Shown in pieces: positions 1 to 7,047 of a DNA stretch of 64,000 nt. Below the pieces are notes generated by a model, which saw only the letters and a list, made by a program, of their open reading frames with translations, ran no database searches and was not told where the DNA came from. How positions within the stretch are numbered: the stretch's first letter is position 1; the number at the start of each line of letters is the position of its first letter. A program made the translations under genes and the position numbers. This DNA comes from Candidatus Rariloculaceae bacterium (GTDB lineage: Bacteria; Pseudomonadota; Gammaproteobacteria; Steroidobacterales; Rariloculaceae): NCBI GenBank assembly GCA_965205045.1, contig OZ242032.1:17704-81703 (forward strand), given 5' to 3'.

Positions 1-1536
1 GTCGTAGGTCTCCCCGCCCGATAACAGCATCAACGCATCCAACGCCGCGTATTCCGCCTGCGGGAACTCGCCGAGGTCGAGGATGTCAACGCGGACCGCC
101 GAAGGCGCGCCGATGACGGCGCTGCCGGCCACCGAGTCGATCTCGAGGACGATGGTCTCGTCGCCTTCCGCCGCCAGGTCGCGAACCGGCGTGACCGTCG
201 TGGTTCCCCGGGTGGCCCCCGCGAGGACGGTGACCGAGGGGCTGCCGAGGTCGAAGTCGCTGCCCAGCCGCGCCGTGCCGGTGGACGCCAGGGAAACGGT
301 CACGTCGCCCGTGACAGGCTCGCTGAGCGTCACCGTCAGCGCGACGGGCGTGCGGTCGGCCCCTTCGTCCACTTGCGCGGCGGCGGCCGAGAGGCTTACC
401 GAGGCGACCGCGCCGGCATCGCCGGCCTGGCTCCAGTTGAGCACGACGGAACCCGTCTCACCGCCGTAGCCGTCCACCGCGACGTGATACACGACACCCC
501 GCTGCGCCGTGAAACGCACTTCGCTCTGAAACCCAATGGCGTCGTCGTTCGAGGCCACCTCCGTCAGAGCACCCACGCCGCTGCCCGTGTACACCGCCAG
601 CAGCGTGTCGAAGTCGCTGCCCGCGGTGTCGATCGTCACCGCGCCACTGGCCGGCGCCGTCCAGCGCCACCACAGCGACGCGCCGCCGCTGTCGCCGGCG
701 TGGTCGGGCTCGCCCGGCTCCTTACTCGCCCCGGCGTTGCTCCCCGTCACCTGGCCCGACGCGCCCCCGATACGCGACGCCGAACCGAAACCGTCGCTGC
801 CGACGCCGACGTCCGTGCACGGCCCGATGGGCAGGTCGCAGTTGCGGGGACCGCAGGTGGTGGGATATTCCAGCCCGTCAACACAGGTGATCGCCGCACC
901 GCAGGCCAGAGACGGATCACAGGCCATGACGGGATCGCCGGCCTGGCGCCAGCTGAGCACGACGGAACCCGTCGCACCGCCGTAGCCGTCCACCGCGACG
1001 TGGTACACGACACCCTGCTGCGCCGTGAAGCGCACCGCGCTCTGAAGCCCAGCCGCGTCGTCGTTCGAGGCCACCGCCGCCAGCGCATCCACGGTGTTGC
1101 CCGTGTACACCGCCAGCAGCGTGTCGAAGTCGCTGCCCGCGGTGTCGATCGTCACCGCGCCACTGGCCGGCGCCGTCCAACTCCACCACAGCGACGCGCC
1201 GCCGCGGTCGCCGGCATGGTCGGGCTCGCCCGGCTCCTTGCCCGCCCCGGCGTTGTGTCCCGTCGCTTGGCCCGACGCACCCCTGATGCCTGACGCCAAA
1301 CCGAAACTGTCGCTACCGGCAGCGGCGCCCATGCACGGCCCGATGGGCAGGTCGCAGTTGCGGGGACCGCAGGTCGTGGGATATTCCAGCCCGTCAACAC
1401 AGGTGATCGCCGCACCGCAGGCCAGAGACGGGTCGCAAGCCATCTGCGGCAAGCCTTCCCGGGCCGCGGCGGCGATCAAGAGCAGTGCGAACAAGGCGGA
1501 CAAAACGGTCGACTGGAGACGGCTTCCGTGTTGCAA
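1..1536 (-). CDS. Secreted repeat protein, 3'-partial (runs off window start): signal peptide, two tandem ~172-aa Cys-rich + beta-sandwich modules, Calx-beta-like C-terminal region
   Basis: Absent from the ORF track because no stop lies in the window. My minus-strand translation is open from TTG 1536 (alt TTG 1560) to base 1: ..LQHGSRLQSTVLSALFALLLIAAAA.., then 2x [CDPSLACGAAITCVDGLEYPTTCGPRNCDLPIGPC .. GEPDHAGD.GGASLWW.WTAPASGAVTIDTAGSDFDTLLAVYTG..NDD..VYHVAVDGYGG], then ..TVTLSEPVTGDVTVSLASTGTARLGSDFD..AAEGDETIVLEI (Calx-beta pattern). Codons are GC3-rich. Confidence 0.7.
   Translation of the reverse strand, partial: MQHGSRLQSTVLSALFALLLIAAAAREGLPQMACDPSLACGAAITCVDGLEYPTTCGPRNCDLPIGPCMGAAAGSDSFGLASGIRGASGQATGHNAGAGKEPGEPDHAGDRGGASLWWSWTAPASGAVTIDTAGSDFDTLLAVYTGNTVDALAAVASNDDAAGLQSAVRFTAQQGVVYHVAVDGYGGATGSVVLSWRQAGDPVMACDPSLACGAAITCVDGLEYPTTCGPRNCDLPIGPCTDVGVGSDGFGSASRIGGASGQVTGSNAGASKEPGEPDHAGDSGGASLWWRWTAPASGAVTIDTAGSDFDTLLAVYTGSGVGALTEVASNDDAIGFQSEVRFTAQRGVVYHVAVDGYGGETGSVVLNWSQAGDAGAVASVSLSAAAAQVDEGADRTPVALTVTLSEPVTGDVTVSLASTGTARLGSDFDLGSPSVTVLAGATRGTTTVTPVRDLAAEGDETIVLEIDSVAGSAVIGAPSAVRVDILDLGEFPQAEYAALDALMLLSGGETYD
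421..1443. repeat. Tandem duplication, period 516 bp (2 copies), inside the secreted-protein gene
   Basis: gccggcctggctccagttgagcacgacggaaccc at 421 recurs as gccggcctggcgccagctgagcacgacggaaccc at 937. Similarity continues for about 500 bp in each copy. Confidence 0.85.
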
Positions 1537-1741
1537 CAGCGAGCGGGGGGCGGATGCCAATGTGTGGGTATCTCGTTGTTGGGTAAAAACAGTGCCAGTG
1601 GCTAAAGGCAAAGGGTGCCGGGGATACGATGACGACCGGCCGGGTCCCTCGTTGCGCAGGTTTGTGGTGTGCACGTGCGCCTCCAGAATCATATCGGCAT
1701 ATAACACGAACGCTCGCACTGTGGCAACTGCGGCCGGCGGC

Positions 1742-1796
1742 GGTGAAATCGACGATCGGGCCGTCGAGGAAGTCGCGGCTCAGGGGGTCGCGCAGG
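1742..1796 (-). pseudogene. Short relic of a Slam (DUF560) paralog
   Basis: ggtgaaatcgacgatcgggccgtcgaggaagtcgcgg.. is about 80% identical to 2921-2975 inside the intact Slam gene. It encodes RDFLDGPIVDFTAA versus RDFLDGPVVDFTAA. No ORF context remains. Confidence 0.35.
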
Positions 1797-2027
1797 CCGC
1801 AGGGGAAGTCCATTTCCCTGCGGCCCCGGTGCGCACCGGCGACGCGCCAACGGCCAGAAAACGCGCCGCTGCCCCGATACGCACGCCACCAGGCGGGGCC
1901 GGGCGGGGTTCCCACATTGTCCGGCCCCTGGCAGGGGCGACCCCTCAGCAGCCCCTACGTTCAGGCGGGGCCGGCAGCGCTCACCAAAACCGGCCCCTAA
2001 CGGCAGCGACGAGCCGCCGCGTTTCGG

Positions 2028-2273
2028 TCACGTCCGGTCGATCCACTCGTCGACGTCCAGATCGGCCAGCCACCCGTCGTGGTGTTCACGCGTCGTCCGG
2101 CGGCGCTGAAACGGCGGCGTACCCCCCTTGCAGCCCCGCGTGGGGTAGTAAACGCGGGCGCGAAGCTCCCGCTCCTTGACGCGCCGCTCCGCCCTGACGG
2201 CCCAGTGCAGCATCAGCGGGGCGAAGGCCAGGAGGCCAAAGCCGATCAGCATGATGACCAGGAAATCAGGCAT
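2028..2273 (-). CDS. Small membrane protein (one N-terminal TM helix, basic tail), function unknown
   Basis: ORF track 81 aa MPDFLVIMLIGFGLLAFAPLMLHW.. Strong GC3 codon bias. Lies directly downstream of the Slam gene on the same strand. Confidence 0.5.
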   Translation of the reverse strand: MPDFLVIMLIGFGLLAFAPLMLHWAVRAERRVKERELRARVYYPTRGCKGGTPPFQRRRTTREHHDGWLADLDVDEWIDRT

Positions 2274-2337
2274 AGCGAAAAACCAGGGGCCAGTGGTCCT
2301 TCGACAAGCTCAGGAGGGGCCAGTGGCCAGGACAGGC

Positions 2338-2381
2338 GGGGGCTGCGGCACGCGGTCCAGCCGTAACGTGCCGCAGCCCCC
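2338..2381. repeat. Perfect 15-bp-stem hairpin (REP-like), between Slam and the downstream small gene
   Basis: gggggctgcggcacg / loop cggtccagccgtaa / cgtgccgcagccccc. No U-run follows on either strand. A related copy with the same loop core lies at 6719-6758. Confidence 0.6.
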
Positions 2382-2527
2382 TGTACGCCGGCAGCACCCA
2401 AACACGCAGGAGGTGCCTGCTCACGCCGGCGGACAAGCTACGGGCAGTGCCGGCAGCAGCCGGGGCCTGGCGACGCCTCCCCCTCAAGGGGGGAGTGACG
2501 TGGGCACTGGTCACCGGCCACTGCCTC

Positions 2528-3937
2528 TCAGAACTGTCGCACGAAGCGCAGCTCGGCGCGGTTGCGGTCGAAGTCCTGCGCCTGGGCGTTGGTCAGCCGC
2601 GTTTCGTGGATGAGCGCCAGCTGCGGGCTGAAGCCGAACACCGTGAAGGCGCGGTTGAGCACCGACAGGGTGAACGAGCGGACGCGGTCGAAGCGCGGCT
2701 TGCCGTCAAGCGTCAGGTGCGGCACGCCGCTGCCGTCGTAATGGACGCGCTGCGCCTGGATGCCGGTGCCGAGCGTGAAGCCGAGCGGCAGGGCCAGGGA
2801 CGTGCCCACCCGCACCCAGCGGCTGAGGCTTCGCCAGTGCGCCAGCGCCGCGTGGTCGCGCGTGTAGCCCACCGTCAGGTGCACGCGCAGCACCGGCGCC
2901 GGGGTCCACGCGAAGGCGGCGGTGAAATCCACCACCGGGCCGTCGAGGAAGTCGCGCGCCAGGTGGTCGCGCTGGCGGTACGCCGCGGTGCCGCGCGCCC
3001 AGATGCCGGGCGTCAACTGGTGGTCCAATTCGAGGCGGCCGCCGAACTCGTCGGCGTACGCCTGGCTGCCGAGCCACTGGCGCTGGGCGGTGCCCAGCAG
3101 GCTGAACTCGGTACGCGGGCCGAGGCGCCAGAGCGGTCCGCCGTAAGCGGCCAGAAAGTACTGGTCGAAGTCGCCGCCGGGATACTCGCGCAGGACCGTG
3201 TCGGCACCGAGGCGCAGCGTCAGGCGTTCGTGTCGCGGCTGCCGCCGCCGGTACTCGCCGCCGCCCCACACCGAGAGGCCAAAGCCGGACTCGGCGCCAA
3301 AATCCCCCTGGCGCGTGAAGGGCAGGCGCCCGAAGGCGGTGTCGATGTAGATGATCTCGCTTTCGGAGGCGGCGTTGAGGTTGGAGTCCGGCGCAATGGC
3401 GGCGCCGAAGTAGCCGGTCCAGCGCTTGCGGGCCTGCATGAGGCTCAGGAAGCTGTAGATGTTGGCGGCCACCGGGGGCGGCACGCCGCCGGCCAGCACG
3501 GCCTCGAAATGGCGCCGCGCCAGGCCGTCGCGGCCCTTGAGGAAGAAGGCGCGGGCGAGCTCCAGGCGCACCCGCACCAGCCCCGGCGCGTTGACCAGCA
3601 TGGCGCGGAAGGCGGCGATGGCCTCGTTCAGCAGGATGTCGCGCTGGTCGGCGGCGCGGCCGGGCCGCTGGGCGGCTTCCAGCGACGCCACGCCGTAGAG
3701 AAAGAGCACGTTGGCGTCGACCGGCTGCTGCGCGAGCAGCGGCCGCAGGGCGACGATCGCTTCCTCGAAGCGGCCGGCATCGACCAGCGCCTGCACGCCG
3801 CCCATGTCGGCGGGGGCCGGCGGCGGGGGACCGGCCGCATGCTCGGCGCCCCAGGCCGGGGCGGGCGCCGTGGAAGCCAGCAGGATACAGAAGGTGGCCA
3901 GGGCAAGACCCCGGCGGGAGGTTCGGAGCGTCGTCAT
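2528..3937 (-). CDS. Slam-family surface lipoprotein assembly modifier (N-terminal TPR-like region + DUF560 beta-barrel)
   Basis: 469 aa with signal peptide ..LLASTAPAPAWGAE. Helical TPR-like N-terminal region, then alternating beta-strand pattern to a C-terminal ..AELRFVRQF (terminal Phe). TbpB-barrel lipoprotein genes are adjacent. Confidence 0.85.
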   Translation of the reverse strand: MTTLRTSRRGLALATFCILLASTAPAPAWGAEHAAGPPPPAPADMGGVQALVDAGRFEEAIVALRPLLAQQPVDANVLFLYGVASLEAAQRPGRAADQRDILLNEAIAAFRAMLVNAPGLVRVRLELARAFFLKGRDGLARRHFEAVLAGGVPPPVAANIYSFLSLMQARKRWTGYFGAAIAPDSNLNAASESEIIYIDTAFGRLPFTRQGDFGAESGFGLSVWGGGEYRRRQPRHERLTLRLGADTVLREYPGGDFDQYFLAAYGGPLWRLGPRTEFSLLGTAQRQWLGSQAYADEFGGRLELDHQLTPGIWARGTAAYRQRDHLARDFLDGPVVDFTAAFAWTPAPVLRVHLTVGYTRDHAALAHWRSLSRWVRVGTSLALPLGFTLGTGIQAQRVHYDGSGVPHLTLDGKPRFDRVRSFTLSVLNRAFTVFGFSPQLALIHETRLTNAQAQDFDRNRAELRFVRQF

Positions 3938-4163
3938 CGTGGGATCTCGTTTCGTTGGGGTCTATGTGCGCCGCTACAGTTACTGCTTGTTCACGCCGAA
4001 GGCGCCCGACCATGCGGCCCGACGTGCTGTACTGCTTCATCGTTGGTCGCTTTGAACCACAACAGGCAGCCGCTCCCAGGCCGGTTCCGCCCCACCGTTT
4101 CGGGGCAAGGTCCACGTGGCGACGGACTGGAGGCAGAAACATGCCGCGGAGCACCTGGACACG

Positions 4164-4493
4164 TCAGTCCTCACACGGCTGGCGCATCCAGGCCGCCATG
4201 TCACGCGCGCCGTGCAGGACGCGCCAGACATCGATTACCGCTTGCTGACCGACATAGAAAACCACATAGGGAAACTTTGCAACGGTCCGGAAACGCAGGC
4301 CGGGAAGGTTCAGTTCGTGCGCGTAGCGAGAGGAGCCTGCCGCCGGATACCCGCCGATTCGACGGAGGCAGGCTTCGAGCGCATCAATGAAGGCCAGCGC
4401 GCCTGCCGATCCGGCCTCGGAGAGGTAATACGTCACCGCCGCATCGACATCGCGCTGAGCCCGCTCGCGAAAGACGACCGGTTTACCGTTCAC
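4164..4493 (-). CDS. parE: ParE/RelE-family type II toxin
   Basis: 109 aa, ..FRERAQRDVDAAVTYY..FPYVVFYVGQQAVIDVWRVLHGARDM.. Has a 4-nt overlap with the upstream antitoxin gene. Confidence 0.85.
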   Translation of the reverse strand: MNGKPVVFRERAQRDVDAAVTYYLSEAGSAGALAFIDALEACLRRIGGYPAAGSSRYAHELNLPGLRFRTVAKFPYVVFYVGQQAVIDVWRVLHGARDMAAWMRQPCED

Positions 4494-4729
4494 TGCCGAC
4501 CGGCTTCACGCACTTGGCGGCGCAGCCGCTCGAAGTACTCCGCATCGGCCGTAACCGCCTGCGCTGAGGCCGCACCTTCGAGAAGCAGGCCGCGCAAGTG
4601 CTGGCGGTCCTGGTCCTTGCGGATCAATTCGCGGACATATTCGCTCGACGTGCTGTAGCCGCGCGCGTTGACCTGGTCATCCACGAAGGACTTCAGGGCC
4701 TCGGGAAGCGATATATTCATCGTGCTCAT
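4490..4729 (-). CDS. parD: ParD-family RHH antitoxin
   Basis: 79 aa MSTMNISLPEALKSFVDDQVNARGYSTSSEYVRELIRKDQDR.. (typical ParD N-terminus). ATGA overlap with parE. Confidence 0.85.
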   Translation of the reverse strand: MSTMNISLPEALKSFVDDQVNARGYSTSSEYVRELIRKDQDRQHLRGLLLEGAASAQAVTADAEYFERLRRQVREAGRQ

Positions 4730-4810
4730 AGTGTAACTCTAACGCAATTGGCAAAGCTTGGCAAGAATCCGTCGTGGTGTCGACGGCGGCGGGGAATCGG
4801 TCGTATGGTC

Positions 4811-4894
4811 GGCACCCCAGGCCGGGGCGGGCGCCGTGGAAGCCAGCAGTACGGCCAGGGCAAGACCCCGGCGGAAGGTTCGGCGCGTCGTCAT
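4811..4894 (-). pseudogene. 5' fragment (signal peptide) of a second Slam paralog, truncated
   Basis: MTTRRTFRRGLALAVLLASTAPAPAWGA.. The DNA 4811-4915 parallels 3846-3960 (start of the intact Slam) with mismatches and a 9-nt indel. Homology ends about 80 bp before parD. Confidence 0.6.
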
Positions 4895-5016
4895 CGTGGG
4901 GTCTCGTTTCGCTGGGTTCCGGGCGGCATCCTCCCCCGCCTGAAGGCGGGGGAGGCCGGCTACTGAGGGCGATGCCCCGCACGCCGAGCAGACCTGGGTT
5001 GAGAATGCCTCGCTGT

Positions 5017-6471
5017 CTATTGCTTGTGCGCTCCGAAAGAACCGGCGATATGGCGGTCGCCGTCCGTAGCGCCGAACGCCCCGGCGAAGGAGGTCGGATG
5101 GGCCGTCGGGTCGGCATTGTCGTTGCCGTAGAACTTGCCGCCCCATCCGCCGTACCAGCCGTAGTCGTCATCGGAGTGGGCACCTCCTCCAATATACCCA
5201 CCGGAGATAGTCCATTCAGTCCCCGGCCATCCCGGCCATATGTTGCCCGTGTCGTCTCCCGTCAGCATCAGCTCGCTCAGGGGCGAGGGATTCCCGCTAC
5301 CCAGCACAAAGTTGGATACCGACCCGCTGATGGACCCGACAGCGCCGGACTCGCTTGTCGTGTCGAAGTCGGCCATGAATTCCGCGTCCGCGCTGAAGGT
5401 GTCGATATTCACTTTCTCCGCAAGCATCCCGGTGGCCTTGCCGACGTACCTGGCGGTGCCGGAAAGACCCGGGAGGTTGGCGCCCACGAAGCCGTCGTCG
5501 CCGCCGGCGAAAATGCCGAAGCGGAAGTCGTCGGGGTCGGCGCCGACCTCCGGAACGTACAGCCAGCTGCCAAGGCTGAGGTAGTTCACCTTCGGGATCT
5601 CGTCGCTGGGAGAAACAATGTGAGCCGGGCGAATGGACCTTTCCGTGCCTTCGCCATCAGGCGTAAAGAGCACGGGGGCCGAGTCCGCCCAGGGAACGTA
5701 TCCCGGGCCTGTCCAGGAGGTGGTGAGAGAACAGTAGTGCTCGGGGCATGTAAACGTTCCCGCGACGCCGTCCAGCGTTCCTTGCAGACCGTCCTCCGGT
5801 ATCGGGAAATACAACCAATCCCGTCCGGTAAGGTAAGGGATGCGGGCGTCGGTCAGGAGGATTTCCTGCCCGGGGGCATCCAACTCCTGGTTGGTATATG
5901 GAGCCGGCGGATCGTCGGCAGCCGCCAGATCGGTGAAGAAGCGGACCGTCAGCGTGCCGCCGCCGTCGTACGTCTTCACGGCCTCGAATCCCTGCCACCC
6001 CGATTCAAGGCCGTGGTCCTCGATCGGGCCGTGCGTCGCGCTGCCGGCCATACGGTCGATGTCTGTCCGAAGGTCTGTCCCGGGCCAGAACTCGAGGCCC
6101 CTCCTTTGCACCGACTCCGGTGTGATGCGGATGGCAAATTCCACCTGCCCGTCATCGCCACGCCATGGGATGGCATGAATGAGGCGTTCCCCATGGTCTC
6201 TGTACCCAACGTCGTGGGTGACAGACACGGAGGAATAATCGGCGCCCGAGTCAGAATTGCATCCGGTGTCGAGGGCGCAGCGGTGGAACTGCCCGATATC
6301 AGCTATCTTCTCGATGGCGTTCGTCACCGCCGCGTTGCGCATCGCTTCCAGTTGCGCCTCCAGCTCGGCCACCCTGTCCTCCGAATCTTCGCTCTCGGTC
6401 ACCTCGTCGTCATGTTCGCTCGACCAGGCAACCAGCGGCACACAGAGTGCGAGGGCCAACGCGAGGACCAA
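5017..6471 (-). CDS. TbpB-barrel-type surface lipoprotein candidate (Slam substrate-like); N-terminus probably encoded upstream of the poly-C tract
   Basis: 484 aa from TTG 6471. C-terminal barrel signature ..GTARYVGKATGML..ADAEFMADFD..SISGSVSNF..FAGAFGATDGDRHIAGSFGAHKQ. The frame stays open upstream through C26. An SD+ATG at 6575-6555 is out of frame by 1 nt. Confidence 0.8.
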   Translation of the reverse strand: MVLALALALCVPLVAWSSEHDDEVTESEDSEDRVAELEAQLEAMRNAAVTNAIEKIADIGQFHRCALDTGCNSDSGADYSSVSVTHDVGYRDHGERLIHAIPWRGDDGQVEFAIRITPESVQRRGLEFWPGTDLRTDIDRMAGSATHGPIEDHGLESGWQGFEAVKTYDGGGTLTVRFFTDLAAADDPPAPYTNQELDAPGQEILLTDARIPYLTGRDWLYFPIPEDGLQGTLDGVAGTFTCPEHYCSLTTSWTGPGYVPWADSAPVLFTPDGEGTERSIRPAHIVSPSDEIPKVNYLSLGSWLYVPEVGADPDDFRFGIFAGGDDGFVGANLPGLSGTARYVGKATGMLAEKVNIDTFSADAEFMADFDTTSESGAVGSISGSVSNFVLGSGNPSPLSELMLTGDDTGNIWPGWPGTEWTISGGYIGGGAHSDDDYGWYGGWGGKFYGNDNADPTAHPTSFAGAFGATDGDRHIAGSFGAHKQ

Positions 6472-6509
6472 ACAGATCAGTGCGATATTGCAACGTGAAG
6501 CACGATTAC

Positions 6510-6535
6510 GGGGGGGGGGGGGGGGGGGGGGGGGG
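6510..6535. repeat. Homopolymer G26 (+) / C26 (coding strand) in the 5' end of the SLP gene
   Basis: Counted directly as 6510-6535. Confirmed by the + strand ORF-track translation R-G8 (cgg + 8 ggg). Confidence 0.95.
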
Positions 6536-6718
6536 TCTGTATGTGCAAGCCGGTCATCATTGGCGGTACTCCTCCATGTCTATTCGTTGAACAGTCGGGT
6601 CCTGACTTGGCTCAGCCGACGTCAGGCTTGTCGAGGCGGTTACGGGAAAGGCTTACCCCAAAGTCCATTCGTGATTCTCCTTAGAGGTGCGCAAGGATTT
6701 TCGGTGAGGATGGCGGAA

Positions 6719-6758
6719 GCGGCGGCACGCGGTCCAGCCATGACACGCCGCCGCCCCC
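6719..6758. repeat. Imperfect copy of the 2338-2381 hairpin element
   Basis: gcggcggcacgcggtccagccatgacacgccgccgccccc. It shares the loop core cggtccagcc and has GC-rich arms. Confidence 0.45.
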
Positions 6759-7047
6759 TTTGCCGCCGGGCGGTGCCACTAACGGTCGTCACGTCATCAC
6801 GACACGAAAAAAAGCGGGCCGCCCGGGAAGGCACGGCCCGCTTCGGGCAACAGGTAGGTGGCGGCCTGCGCCGGCAAGACACAGGCCGTCCGGGGAAGCA
6901 CCCTAGAGGCCGTCGGGCCGCCGAGGTGCTCTGGCATGCCGGATCATTTTAACCCCGTGTGGAGGGTTCCAGGTGCACGGGAATGAACGCGCCCGGCATA
7001 CGTCTGGGTCGTGAAGCCCGCCGCGGGAGGCGGCGGGGGATTGGGAG

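Noticed and set aside
1340-1440. Kazal-type protease-inhibitor call for the 6-Cys module
   Set aside because: The Cys spacing (C-5-C-5-C-9-C-4-C-6-C, with Y-x3-C) only loosely fits the Kazal pattern. I kept it as a descriptive note and made no annotation.
83-2179. + strand ORFs 83-469, 373-1293, 536-985 and 1094-2179
   Set aside because: They are off-frame or antisense readings of the minus-strand secreted-protein gene, and their repetition simply reflects the 516-bp duplication.
2447-6498. + strand ORFs 2447-4390 and 4774-6498
   Set aside because: They are antisense to the Slam, parDE and SLP genes and have no motifs.
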